Assembly: GCA_036338695.1 (NCBI GenBank)
Contig: JAYZBQ010000042.1
Span: 1-64,000, forward strand
DNA: 64,000 nucleotides
Direction: 5' to 3'
DNA from: Myxococcota bacterium
GTDB lineage: Bacteria; Myxococcota; UBA4151
Below the pieces are notes generated by a model, which was not told the origin of the DNA, ran no database searches, and saw only the letters and a list, made by a program, of their open reading frames with translations. Positions within the stretch are counted from its first letter, which is position 1. Each line of letters starts with the position of its first letter. The position numbers and the translations under genes were made by a program. Below are positions 36,064-46,900 of this stretch, in pieces.

Positions 36064-39000
36064 TCAGCGGTAACGGAGCAGAGCGTCGAGCTCGGCTTGT
36101 GCGCGCTCGCTGAATTCACCCCGAGGGTCGACCTTCAAGCTCTCGCGCAGCGCCTTCTCGGCTTCGTCGTAGTTCCCTCGCTCTTTCTGAAGCATGCCAA
36201 CGCTCAGGTGCCCGCTGCCCGACTTCGGCTCGTACTGAACGCAGCGAGAGGCTGCACGCATAGCCTGTCGGAAACGCCCCCGATCGATCTGAAGCTCGGC
36301 GATGCGGCAATACGACTTCCCCATGCGCCGGTTGACGCGCACCGCCTGTCGGTAGGAGCGCAGCGCGTTGCGGGTCTGCTCCTTGCCACCCCAGCGACGA
36401 TAGACCTCCGCCTTGTCGTAATAGAGCCCGGCGTTGGCACCCCGGATGCGAAGCGCTTGGTCGAGATCGAGCAGCGCCTCCGGGTACTGACCTTGGTCAC
36501 GGTACGCTCGGGCGCGCCACTCGCGCGCCTCTGCGGAGGCAGAGTCTGCCTGGATGGATTCCGTCAGCGCGTTGATGGCGTCGAGCAACTGGTTTGAGCG
36601 ATAAAATGCCTCGCCCATCGACAGCAGCGTCGGCCCGTGTTTCGGGCGCAGCTGATCGGCCGTTCGCAAGTAACCGAGCGCCTTGTCGGGTTGCTTCTCG
36701 ACGAAGGTGACGCCGAGCAAATACGGGATGTTGCCGTTTTTGCGGTCGATACCCGCCGCCGTTGCGAGATAATTGCGCGCCTCGGCGACGCGCTCACGCT
36801 TGAGCAAGGTCAAGGCGAGCTGGACATAGAATTCGTCCTCCTCCGGCATCAAACGGATCGCGCGTTTCATCAGGTTCGCCGCCTCATCATGTCGCTTCAA
36901 CCGGTCGAGAATGCTCGCCTTTTGCACCATGTACTTGGGGTTTCGCTCCTCGATTGAGAGCGCCGTTGCCGCCTCCTTCAGCGCCTCCTCGACGCGCTTT
37001 TGCTCAAGCAGCGCCTTCGCAAGCAGGTAGTGCGCCCGCGGCTCCTTCTCGGCGCGCCGGATCGCCTCACGGTACTCGCGCTCGGCGAGCTCAAAGTTGT
37101 CTTGCGTTCGGTAAAAGTCACCGAAGCCAATATACACCCACGGGTTCTCCGCATCGATGCTACGCGCCGTCTGAAGGCGGCGCGTCGCGACGTCGAGGTT
37201 GCTGTCTTGGATGTCGATACGCGCCATTGCCACGAGCGCCCGCACGAACTGCGGGTCCGTGCGGAGCACCTTCTCGTACATCTCGCGCGCCTCCTTGCGC
37301 TCGTTCATGAGCCACAAGAGCTCGGCGTGCCAGAACTGCGACGCAGCCGACGGTTTCGCCTGCTTGCTGATCAGCTCACGGATGCGCGCTGCGCCGCGCT
37401 CGTAGGCTGCGGTCTGAATAAAGACATCGGCGAGACCGACGATCCCCGCTTCGCTGTTCGGCGCCATCTTGAGCAAAGCCTCCCAAGTGGCCATCGAGCC
37501 GCTGAAGTCGCCGCCCAAACGGAGCACATGCGCGACGCGCTCCACCAGCACCGTGTCCTTGGGCAAGAAGGTGCGCGCCTTCTCGAGAAACTTCGCCGCA
37601 GCGCCAAAATCGGAGCGGCGAAGCTGGATCTCGCCGAGGATCCGAAAGATCTCTGCCTTCCATTGCTTATGGCGCCCGAGCGAGTCGATCTGACGCCTAG
37701 CCTGATTCAGGGTCGACTCGATGGGCTCGAGCTGCTCCTCGGTCAACTCTCGAGGGTCGATCTCTTCAATCTGCTTCCAGGCGACGCGGCTCTGTCCGAG
37801 CCAGGCGTCGGCGCGCGTCGAGTCTCCATCCGTGACCTTAGCGTAGGCCTGACGCGAGAGCTCATGTTCATTCATCCGCTCATACGCTCGCGCCGCCGTG
37901 AAATGGGTTCGCTCGACGTAACCCGGACCGCCTGCCTCCAGCGCCATCTCCCGGCGTTGCTCGAGGAGGTCTTTATCGCCGGCCGCCGCCGCCACCAAAA
38001 TCGAAAGCTGCAGCGCCTCGACGTCCTTCGCCTTGATGTGCTTGGCGAGGTACATCTCCATCTGCCCCTCGTTACGGTTCGCCAGCGAGGCGCAAGCACG
38101 GGCGATGTCGAAGGCGTTGCCTCGGATCATCTCTTCGGTCATGCCTTTGAGCGCGTTGGTCATCTTCATGCGCTCGAGCGGCAGATCAAATCGCACGAAC
38201 AGATCGCAGGCGATTCGAGCCGAGGCGACCCTCGCCTCGAGGTCCTCATTTGAACTCTTCGTCACGGCGTTGCGCAGGAGCGTGCCTCGCTTCATGATCG
38301 CAGCCAGGCGATCTTCTTTAAGCACATCGTTGATGCGCGCAAAGCGAGACGAGGTCGTCGCCACGCCGGCGCGGCTGCGCGGTGCGCTCGTGCCTGCGGC
38401 GCCTCCACCCGAGCTGTCCAAAACGCCCAGCTGCCATGCTGCCACACCCCCCAGCACCAAGATGCTTGCGGCGCCGATGAGCAGCTTACGACGCCCGCCC
38501 GAAGCCTTAGCTGGCGCCTCTTCATGCATCACCTCGATCTCTGGGCTGTCGTCCATGACGCGCACCTGCACGCCCACGAGCTCCGGCAGGTCTCCCTGAT
38601 CGGTGGCGCCGCTTGCGAACTGCGGCGCGTCATCCACTGCGCTCGAGAAGTTGCCACCATCGACGAAGGCTGAGAACTCAGGGTGGGCGCCCAGAGGCTG
38701 CCAGTCCTGACCGTCTGCGCTGATCTCCTCGTTGCCTAAGAGCATCCCAGTGCGCAGCATGTTCTCGACGCGATCGCCCATGTAGGGGCCTACGACGTCG
38801 CCTGTCGCCATGCGCAGGTGGTACATCATCTGGTCCGGCTCTTCGAGGAACTCTTCGAGCTCGCCGCCGAGTACGTTCAGCAGCGGATCATCGCCCTCGT
38901 CCAACGAGAAGCTGAAGTCATCGGACCCGCCATCAGCGATCTCCGTTTCGACGATATCCGGCGAATCAAAGCCGTCGTCATCGAAGCCCTCGAGTGGGTC

Positions 39001-39609
39001 GTCGTCAAAGCCTGCGAGCGGATCGCTCGACGTCTCGGGTGAGACGACGGTTGCGACCTCGTCAACCGCGACAGGAGCGCTCACCTCCACGACGGGCGCT
39101 GGCGCCTCAGCCTCATCGACGTCACCAAAGAGGGCGTCGAGATCTTCCTCCTCAAGCGACGACGCCTCGCCCGTTCCGGGCAACGCGATCAGCGCGTCAT
39201 CATCGTCATCAAAGAATCCGTCCAGATCGAGGCTGTCGTCGCTCTCTACCGCCTGCGGCGGGTTACTCGAGGGCAGCGGCACGCGCTCCTCACCGTCCAC
39301 AACGATCGTCGCCGCGAGGTCGAGGTCGTCCTCGCCGACGCTGACCTCATCGGCCGAAGCAGCCAGCTCCGGCGCGTCGTCATCGCCGAAGAGGTCATCA
39401 AGATCGACCTCGCCGCCGGCGTCACCGCCGTCGCTTTGCCCGGGTAGAGGGATGAAGTCATTGGTCCCCAAGTCACCAAAATCGCCCAGATCCTCGAACA
39501 GATCCTCCTCGGAGACCGAGTCACTAGCGAGCGAAGCGCCACAAGCTGGGCAATCGACCAACTCGGGATCTTCAACCAACGTTCCGCACGACGGACAGTT
39601 TCGCTCCAT
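36064..39609 (-). CDS. Zn-ribbon / acidic linker / GYF-like / TM / multi-TPR protein
   Basis: CPSC..CPAC N-terminus, long Asp/Glu-rich tract, 'VVGPY..ML..G.L....IS.DG..W.PL..HPEF' GYF_2 motif, one TM and many TPRs. Confidence 0.85.
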   Translation of the reverse strand: MERNCPSCGTLVEDPELVDCPACGASLASDSVSEEDLFEDLGDFGDLGTNDFIPLPGQSDGGDAGGEVDLDDLFGDDDAPELAASADEVSVGEDDLDLAATIVVDGEERVPLPSSNPPQAVESDDSLDLDGFFDDDDDALIALPGTGEASSLEEEDLDALFGDVDEAEAPAPVVEVSAPVAVDEVATVVSPETSSDPLAGFDDDPLEGFDDDGFDSPDIVETEIADGGSDDFSFSLDEGDDPLLNVLGGELEEFLEEPDQMMYHLRMATGDVVGPYMGDRVENMLRTGMLLGNEEISADGQDWQPLGAHPEFSAFVDGGNFSSAVDDAPQFASGATDQGDLPELVGVQVRVMDDSPEIEVMHEEAPAKASGGRRKLLIGAASILVLGGVAAWQLGVLDSSGGGAAGTSAPRSRAGVATTSSRFARINDVLKEDRLAAIMKRGTLLRNAVTKSSNEDLEARVASARIACDLFVRFDLPLERMKMTNALKGMTEEMIRGNAFDIARACASLANRNEGQMEMYLAKHIKAKDVEALQLSILVAAAAGDKDLLEQRREMALEAGGPGYVERTHFTAARAYERMNEHELSRQAYAKVTDGDSTRADAWLGQSRVAWKQIEEIDPRELTEEQLEPIESTLNQARRQIDSLGRHKQWKAEIFRILGEIQLRRSDFGAAAKFLEKARTFLPKDTVLVERVAHVLRLGGDFSGSMATWEALLKMAPNSEAGIVGLADVFIQTAAYERGAARIRELISKQAKPSAASQFWHAELLWLMNERKEAREMYEKVLRTDPQFVRALVAMARIDIQDSNLDVATRRLQTARSIDAENPWVYIGFGDFYRTQDNFELAEREYREAIRRAEKEPRAHYLLAKALLEQKRVEEALKEAATALSIEERNPKYMVQKASILDRLKRHDEAANLMKRAIRLMPEEDEFYVQLALTLLKRERVAEARNYLATAAGIDRKNGNIPYLLGVTFVEKQPDKALGYLRTADQLRPKHGPTLLSMGEAFYRSNQLLDAINALTESIQADSASAEAREWRARAYRDQGQYPEALLDLDQALRIRGANAGLYYDKAEVYRRWGGKEQTRNALRSYRQAVRVNRRMGKSYCRIAELQIDRGRFRQAMRAASRCVQYEPKSGSGHLSVGMLQKERGNYDEAEKALRESLKVDPRGEFSERAQAELDALLRYR

Positions 39610-39748
39610 CACACCCTCACGAACCAATATCTGCGCTAGTCCATCATGCGCGGGGCCGCAGGTCAATTTTGCTGCTCACGACCTCCTGTGAGCGCACAGC
39701 CTGCGCGGCTTTTGTTGGCTTGACCGCTCGAGTACGCAGCGCCACACT

Positions 39749-40645
39749 ATGACCATGCGATGTGCCCTTTTGTTCCTCAGTCTATCCGGTCTGGCTTGCG
39801 GTGACGGCGAGACGCTGATCGCCAACCGCTCCCCCCAAGCCTTTGCGGGCTTCGACCAAATCCTCGTTCAAGGTGGCTCCCTGCTCTTGGACGGGAGCCA
39901 CAGCTTCGACCCCGACGACAATGGGCTCACCTACCGCTGGTCCTTGATCAGCGCGCCAACGGGCGTGACGCTGAGCGGCGACGACGAGGCGCAAGCCGAG
40001 CTCAGCGCCACCGCTCAGGCGCAGGGGACGGCGATCGTAGCGCTCGAGGTCAGCGATGGTCCGACCTGGTCATCCCCCGATTGGCTGCAGGTGCGTATTA
40101 TCGCGCAGAGCGAGCGAGCGCGGCCAGTGGCGAAAGCCGGCTTTAATCGACACATGCGTTCCGGTGAGCCCGTGATCCTCGACGGCGACGCCAGCCAAGG
40201 CTCCGTCGACACCTACCGTTGGGTCCACCTGCGCAGCCCCGACGGCGATCATCGGGTCATACCGGATGGCGTCACGGCGCTCGTCAGCGACCTTGAGGTA
40301 GGCTTACACGTCTTCGGCTTGAGCGTGGCCCAATCTGGGCGCTGGTCGGTCATGGACTGCGTCTCGATCATGGTCTCTCAAGACGGCGGTCAGACGGCGT
40401 TTCCCGAGGTGACCGTCGAGCAGCAGTCCGACGGCTCGGTCACGCTCGCTGCAGCCTCGGACACGCAGGTCAGCTGGGCGCTCGTCAGTGACCCGGCTGG
40501 CGCCTCGACTCAGCTTGACGGAATAGGTGACAACGGGACCCGTCTGGAGTACCGGTCGAACGCAAACGGAACGCATCTTTTCTCCGCAACCCTGGCAAAC
40601 GGACTCTCGGACTGGGTAGCGGTGGAGCTGGAGAATACCCCATGA
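39749..40645 (+). CDS. Lipoprotein with PKD/Ig-like repeats
   Basis: LAC lipobox; P.A.AG.D..LDGS.SFDPD..LTYRW motif present twice. Confidence 0.8.
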   Translation: MTMRCALLFLSLSGLACGDGETLIANRSPQAFAGFDQILVQGGSLLLDGSHSFDPDDNGLTYRWSLISAPTGVTLSGDDEAQAELSATAQAQGTAIVALEVSDGPTWSSPDWLQVRIIAQSERARPVAKAGFNRHMRSGEPVILDGDASQGSVDTYRWVHLRSPDGDHRVIPDGVTALVSDLEVGLHVFGLSVAQSGRWSVMDCVSIMVSQDGGQTAFPEVTVEQQSDGSVTLAAASDTQVSWALVSDPAGASTQLDGIGDNGTRLEYRSNANGTHLFSATLANGLSDWVAVELENTP

Positions 40646-41862
40646 CGACCCTCAGCTTTGTATTGTTGGCGCCGATCTTTCTGACGCCCAGCGAGGAGGG
40701 CCCCGCCGTCGTCACCCCAGACGGTCTGGCGTGGCACCAGCTCGAGGCGAAGGCTCAGCGAGACTTCACCGTTCCGCGTACAGGTCAGCTCGTGCTGCTG
40801 GTGCGTCGCCTCGACCCAAAGCAAGGACCGGAGACGGTCAAGGTCGCCGTGACCCAAGGTGAGACAGCCATCTGGGAGACCGCGCTCAAGCAAGGGCGAG
40901 GGACCCAGCTGGGCGGCGTGGTCGCAGGGCGAGCCCAGCGCGGCACCTCCAAAGAGATGGTGCAGCAAGGCGTCATCACCGTGAATGTCCCGGATGAAGG
41001 GCATGCCGGCGTGCTTGTGCAGATCGAGTTAATCCCCGATCTCGGTGAGCCCGCCCAGGATGCTGCCACCGCAAGGCTCGAGGCGGGCGCCAACCCGTCG
41101 GCGACACCGGCGCTCAAGGCTCCACAGCCTGCGCTGATCCAGCCCGGAACCCCGGAGCCAACGAGCGGTGCCATCACCGTCGCCAAAGCGGCGGTCCCCC
41201 CCCAAGGCACGCCGATCGCTGCGGCACCAGCGGCGCCGGCTGCTTCGACGCCCGAAGCCAAACCGGCGCTCCCGCCAGCGGCTGACGAGGTGATGCCAGC
41301 GCCTGCGAGTGCATCCAAGAAGCCCCTACCGGTCAGCGGCGTCGACGGCGGCGTCGGCTTCCGGCAAGCGGTCGGTGGGATCATGCAGAGCAACGCCAGC
41401 TTCCGGCTTGGTACCGATCTTCGCCAGGAGCTGCTCCCCAACATCAAAATGGGTCTGGAGCTGCGCCTCTCGTTCCTCGGTGCCCAGGGCAACGCCGCCA
41501 TCCCGATGGCGGGGATGGTGAGCACCTCCGGCGTCACCACCCGTGAGGTTCAGGTCAGCGGCTGGAGTCTGCCGGTGCTGGTCCGGCTCACGCAGGCTGG
41601 CAACAGCGCACTGCAGACCATCCTGCTGGTCGGGCCTGCCTTCGGTGGCTTGTCGGTCACGCCAGGCTCACGTGCGGCACAGAGTCACAGCATGGCGGGC
41701 CTTGCAGGCATCGTTCGCCTGCAACCCAAAGAGGGGATCGCGCTCGGCCCCACACAGCTCCGGATCGGCGCTGAGCTGGGCTGGCAGGGTCTCTGGTCCG
41801 ACAAGGTAAGCGCAAGCCGCGGCTTTGTCGGCGTGGACCTCGGGTTTCCCTGGAGCCTGTAA
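40642..41862 (+). CDS. Exported protein with Pro/Ala linker and probable C-terminal outer-membrane beta-barrel
   Basis: Alternating amphipathic strands in the last ~180 aa, ending GFVGVDLGFPWSL. Confidence 0.6.
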   Translation: MTTLSFVLLAPIFLTPSEEGPAVVTPDGLAWHQLEAKAQRDFTVPRTGQLVLLVRRLDPKQGPETVKVAVTQGETAIWETALKQGRGTQLGGVVAGRAQRGTSKEMVQQGVITVNVPDEGHAGVLVQIELIPDLGEPAQDAATARLEAGANPSATPALKAPQPALIQPGTPEPTSGAITVAKAAVPPQGTPIAAAPAAPAASTPEAKPALPPAADEVMPAPASASKKPLPVSGVDGGVGFRQAVGGIMQSNASFRLGTDLRQELLPNIKMGLELRLSFLGAQGNAAIPMAGMVSTSGVTTREVQVSGWSLPVLVRLTQAGNSALQTILLVGPAFGGLSVTPGSRAAQSHSMAGLAGIVRLQPKEGIALGPTQLRIGAELGWQGLWSDKVSASRGFVGVDLGFPWSL

Positions 41863-42281
41863 TGCGCTGGGCTCTCGTCAGCATTGCGCTCCTCACGGCG
41901 TGCGCTCCTGAGGCGACGATCGAGGTGATCGCTCCACCGTTTCTGGTGGATAGCTACCCGGGTAATGGCAGCGTCATCCCCGCCGATCAGGCGAGCCCGC
42001 TGCTGTTTCGATTCTCCAAAGACATTGCAGACGCAGCGACCGCTAATCAGCACATCACGCTGGAGGTCATGGGCGATGGCAACGAGGCGACGGGCACACT
42101 TCCCGTCGGTTCGTGCAGCACGCCCACCCAGCCGATGTTGCTCGAGTGCTCGATCGATGCGGCGCTCGATGCGGGGACCCGCTACCGAGTCACCATCGGC
42201 ACCGGGCTGAACTTCCTCACCGGAGAGGCGCTGCTAAGCCCCCACCAGCGCTGGTTCCAGACGCTCCCGAGCTCGGACTAG
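41862..42281 (+). CDS. Lipoprotein with bacterial Ig-like (Big_5-type) domain
   Basis: LTAC lipobox; PPFLVDSYPGNG..FRFSK..LDAGTRYRVTI..GL..F.T. Confidence 0.75.
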   Translation: MRWALVSIALLTACAPEATIEVIAPPFLVDSYPGNGSVIPADQASPLLFRFSKDIADAATANQHITLEVMGDGNEATGTLPVGSCSTPTQPMLLECSIDAALDAGTRYRVTIGTGLNFLTGEALLSPHQRWFQTLPSSD

Positions 42282-43057
42282 TCGACACGCAGCTGTGTGA
42301 AGCGCACGGCACGACGCATCGAGTTCGAGTGGCTTGCGGCGAAGAGGACGAGCCGTCCGCGTGCGAATCCGAGGGACGCCTTGACGCTCACCGGCGCCCT
42401 CCCCTCCTCTTCGATGCGGATCAAGTCTGCGCTCACCACCAACCTGACGGAGACGCTCTTGAGGTGACGCCCCTCTCGCTCGACCTCAGGCCAGCCCTCG
42501 GTATCCCGCGCCAGCTCCTGCCCTTGTCGCTGGACCAACAGCTCGCGGCGCGCCGTCGCGCCAGGACCGACCCCGATAAAACTCAGGTGCGTGACCTTAG
42601 GTAGGTCGCGCGGGTCGCCTTTGAGTTCAGCATCTTCGGGGACGATCGCTAAGCCCGCCGAGAGATACGATGCGTTGCTGTCTTCAAGCCAGTCGAGCTC
42701 GACCGTCATCGTCTGGGCTTGCGCCGAAAAGTCGAGCGCTTCCTTCCAGGCGGCGGCGGTGACGCTCACCTCTGCGTGCGGCCTCCCGTAGGTCTCGAGT
42801 TCCATACGCAGCCCGCGCTCATCCAAACGAATTTCACCTTGTTGCGCATCCAGCTGATGCGTCCAGGTCACCCAGTCGCTCGTCAGCGGCTGATCAAAAC
42901 GATGAACCCATCGCGCCGAATCAGCGCCTGCATCCGGCGCAGCCGGAGTTGCGGAGGCTTCCTCGACAGGCTCTGCTACCGGACTCGGCGCCTGGGCGGA
43001 GCCGCAGTATGAACAGCCGCTAAGGGCGAGTCCCATGAGCGGCCACCAGCCCCTCAC
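42278..43057 (-). CDS. Hypothetical lipoprotein (beta-sandwich-like)
   Basis: LSGC lipobox, Pro/Ala linker and a beta-rich remainder. Confidence 0.65.
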   Translation of the reverse strand: MRGWWPLMGLALSGCSYCGSAQAPSPVAEPVEEASATPAAPDAGADSARWVHRFDQPLTSDWVTWTHQLDAQQGEIRLDERGLRMELETYGRPHAEVSVTAAAWKEALDFSAQAQTMTVELDWLEDSNASYLSAGLAIVPEDAELKGDPRDLPKVTHLSFIGVGPGATARRELLVQRQGQELARDTEGWPEVEREGRHLKSVSVRLVVSADLIRIEEEGRAPVSVKASLGFARGRLVLFAASHSNSMRRAVRFTQLRVD

Positions 43058-43063
43058 GATGAT

Positions 43064-43894
43064 CTACTTGGCGAGCATCATGTACGCGCCCGCACCAGCG
43101 ACGGCGATCCCCGGAAACATCAACAGGTCAGCGATCAGCGCGGTTTCTTTCATGTCGGAGACCTTTGCCTCCCGGTCTGACTCGCTCATGGGCTCGGTGA
43201 GCTCATTGTGGAGACCCAGCGCGCTCATACCGAAATACGCACCGCCCCCGATCATTGCGACGCCGCCGCCGATCAAAGCGTACGACAAGGTCTTATCGCT
43301 CGAGGCGGTTGTGGCAGGCGTTGCGACGGCTGGCGCTTGCTCAGGCGCTGCCGCTGCAGCCGCCTCTTCAGCGGGGGCAGCCGGTTGACCTGCAGCCGGC
43401 GCCTCAGCCGCCTTGGGCGCTGCCTCGGCGGCAGCCACTGCTGGCTCCGGTGCGGGCTCCGGTTCAGGTGCTGGGGCGGGGATGGCTGCGACGAGCGCTT
43501 CACCGAGCTTGTCATCAATCGGACCGCTCGCCCCACCGATTTTCTTCATGGTGGCGAGATCGAACAAGCCGACCTCACCCAGGCGCTTGTTTTTCAACGC
43601 CCACACGACGATCACGACGGCGTAGCCCAGCTTACCCGCGGCGATCTTCGCCAAACAATCAACGTTGCCTTTGCACGCCAGCGCCTTCTTCCCCGCGTCG
43701 CCACCGAGCGCCGTGAGGTTGTGTCCCGCCTTCTTGGCGGCGGCCTGAACGATCTTCTCAAGTTGAGCGGCAGCCTTCCAGTCAGCACCCTTCGCCTTCT
43801 TGCCGGCGACGATAGCTGGGATTTGGGACAACTCGGCAGCTCCTGCCGGGACCGCTAAACTGAGACTCAAAAGCGCGAACGCACAACGCATCAT
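43064..43894 (-). CDS. Exported protein with Pro/Ala/Glu linker and C-terminal hydrophobic helices
   Basis: MMRCAFALLSLSLAVPAGA signal, CKGNVDCLAKIA motif and two C-terminal Gly-rich hydrophobic segments. Confidence 0.7.
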   Translation of the reverse strand: MMRCAFALLSLSLAVPAGAAELSQIPAIVAGKKAKGADWKAAAQLEKIVQAAAKKAGHNLTALGGDAGKKALACKGNVDCLAKIAAGKLGYAVVIVVWALKNKRLGEVGLFDLATMKKIGGASGPIDDKLGEALVAAIPAPAPEPEPAPEPAVAAAEAAPKAAEAPAAGQPAAPAEEAAAAAAPEQAPAVATPATTASSDKTLSYALIGGGVAMIGGGAYFGMSALGLHNELTEPMSESDREAKVSDMKETALIADLLMFPGIAVAGAGAYMMLAK

Positions 43895-43940
43895 GAATGG
43901 ACTCCGATCATCGTTGAACCCCCATACCTTTCGCGCCACC

Positions 43941-43971
43941 AAAAGGAAAAGCCGGCATCGCCGGCTTTTCC
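43941..43971 (-). terminator. Intrinsic terminator of the giant-protein gene
   Basis: GGAAAAGCCGGC-ATC-GCCGGCTTTTCC perfect hairpin, followed by TTTT on the minus strand. Confidence 0.8.
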
Positions 43972-43998
43972 ACAAATCATGATGATTTGTTCTCGCTG

Positions 43999-46900
43999 CT
44001 ACTGGCAGTATTCCGCCTCGTCGATCTCCGCCAACAGCGGATCTTCTTCGTCGTACCAGTAGCGGTTGTACAACCGAACGATACGACAGCGGTTCGCCAT
44101 GTAGCGGTTGAGCGCACCATCGACGTCACCGCTCTGCAACTGCTCCATCCCAGCGCGCCACTCGGCGATACCGGTCAGAGCCATCTGATCTTCACGGTAA
44201 TCCAGCTCGTCTTCCTCATCACCGTCGAAGGTGGTGAGGGCGTTGAGGCTGTAGTGCAACGACACATCGAGCATGGCGTACACGGTGTGCGCCAGCGTGG
44301 TGCGCCAGTGCGTCGTATCCACCAACGCGCTCTGGATCTCACGGAAGTAGTCCACGACCTCGACGATGTTCAGGTAACACAAGGTGAACTGGCGATCGTT
44401 GAGGCCCTGAAGGATCAACTGGTCAGTACACCGGGTCACGTTGCCCATCTTCTCGATGGCGCCTTGGAGCTGGGTGTAGCCCACTCGGCTCACGTCTCGA
44501 GCCGTGCGCAGCTGCTCACGGAAGACCCACTGAAGGAATCGCTGGATCGCAACGGTCAGGCCGATGCGAGCCTCGTCGAGTTCTTCGGCATCCGAGTCTT
44601 CGTTCCCAAACACGCTCATCGCCGTCTGGCGAGTCTCTTGAACACGGGAGTACAGATCGTACTCGAGCTCGTAGAGGTGAGCGAGCAGGTTGTAACCGTC
44701 ACGAGCCCGTGCAGCCTGGACCGAGCCGATGTTGCTCTGACGACCGCTCGCCAGCTGAGCGTTCGCACGGCCGATGTAGTTGCTCCACCACTCGAGGGCG
44801 AGATCGCTCTCGGAGCGCAGCTCCTCCATCGTGCTGACATACATCGTCATCTCACCCAACATCGCCGAGCCGATGTCCTTGGAGAACGTCGACAGGACCC
44901 GAGGACCGTCGTTGCGACGGGCAAGCAGCAAGGTGTTCGCTGCGTTGACCGCACGGCTAAAGCTCGGGCTCCAAGCGATCTGACGATCACGGAAACCAGG
45001 CCCAGCGTTTTCACGAGTTCGTGCGTCCCAGTAGCCGAGCGACTCGGTCAAGTGCGTCACCGTGCTGTTGAGGTCATCTTCGTAGTCCTCGCCACCGGCA
45101 CCCTCGAGCATGGTTTCGACCCGTGCTTTCACGTCGACCAGGCTGCTGCGGTAGTCACGCAGCAGGAAGTATCGGTCGGTCGTGTTCACGTTGCCCGCGA
45201 AGTCACGAATCTGCAGCCGCAAGCGGTGCTGGTTCGTGCGGTCGTCGTCGAAGGTCCGCAGTCGAGCCATGTCGAGATACGGACGTTCGTTCGCCGTCAC
45301 GCAGATCTCGGAGCCTGGCACGCAGTCCAGACCCGACACCTCACGCGAGCCAGTGATGAGCACGCCACGACCACGGACCGTGTGCCGAAGCAGGTTCGCC
45401 TCACCGCCCCACGGACGGCCTGGGTCACCCGGGTTCAAGATCATCGTGATCGACTGAATACCCGAACGCTCGTCGTTCATCGTCACGCCGCCCAAGTCGA
45501 GTCGGTTCCCGACGAACTGGCGCAGGAAGGTGTCGACATTGTCCGGATCCACGGCGTTGTTGATGAGCTTCTCGAAGTCATGCGTTGGCGCAATCGTGTC
45601 GATGCCGAAGCTCAAGTCCGGTATGAGCGCAAACTCGTCACAGTGCCAGACCATCACGTAGCCGCCGATGTAGTTCCCGTCCTCGGCGAAGATACCGGTG
45701 AACAGGTTCTGATTCGGCTGTTGGATCACGCGCGTCGGGATCGGGATCCAGTCCCATTGCCCGGTGCGTGGGTCCTCGTTACAGTTCTGGTTACGAGTCA
45801 ACAAGGTGACCTGGACCGAGACGTCGTCACGGACGTAGGTGCCCATCTCAACTTCAGCTCCGCCGCTGGTGACGCGCACTCGAGCGGTGAGCGTCGGGCG
45901 CCGCACCTCAACACGCATGTTGGTGCTGCGGCTGTTGCCCTGCGGATCGGCGATCGTCCAGCGCACGGTGTGCACGCGGATGTCGCCTTCCATGACGCCG
46001 CCTTCGTTCCAACATGTGCCACCCTGATCTTCCGGACCGTCCGGATGCGACTTGGTCAGCGTCAGGCGGTTGTTCGGGTAGCTGTTGTCGAGCACGCTCG
46101 GCCGCGGCAGGTACGCCGTCACGCAACCATCACGCAGACCCACGATCGCACGCGGCACCAAGGTAAAGGTCGGCGCCGTCGTATCGACGATGCGGACCGG
46201 GTAGGTGCCCACGGTCATGTTCCCCGAGTCATCACGCACACGGACACGGACGGTGTGGTCACCCACGCCATCCGGGTTCGTCGAGCGAGCGAAGCGGTGC
46301 GTCGCCGCCGAGACGTAGCGTCCGTTGACCAAGGTCTCCTGCGTCACGTCGAGGCGTGCATCGCAAGCATCGGTCGCTTGGAAGTTGTTGGCATCCGGCG
46401 CGTTGGTCGTCAGGTTCTTGAGCGTGACGATCGTCCCAGCGACGCTCTGTGCTTCGACGATCTTAACCGGTCCGCCGCTGTACGCCGGGCGGGTCGTGTC
46501 ACGCACGTCGAAGCGCTGGAAGGCGCTGAAGCCTTCGTTGCCCGCCGCATCCACGCCGCGCCAGCGGACGTAGTGCGTACCCTTCTGACGGAACGCCGAC
46601 TCGTCCCAAGCCACGCAGCTCTGAGCGACCTGTCGTGGGCAGTAGAACGGCGTCGCCACCAGGCTGATCCCTTCCACAGCGTCGTCGACGCGCGGGGTAC
46701 CCAAACGGGCGATCGCGATCCGGCTACCCGCTTGCACGTCCTGCTCGTACACTCGGTACGAAGGAGGCGTCACGCGCGGCGCCGTGCGGTCGAAGACGAA
46801 GTGGCGAGAGGGACCTTGGATCACGGTACGCCACGGCTGCCCACGGCTGTGCTCCGCGACCACGCGCCAGCAGTAGTAGGTGTTGTCGTTGAGGTTTGCG

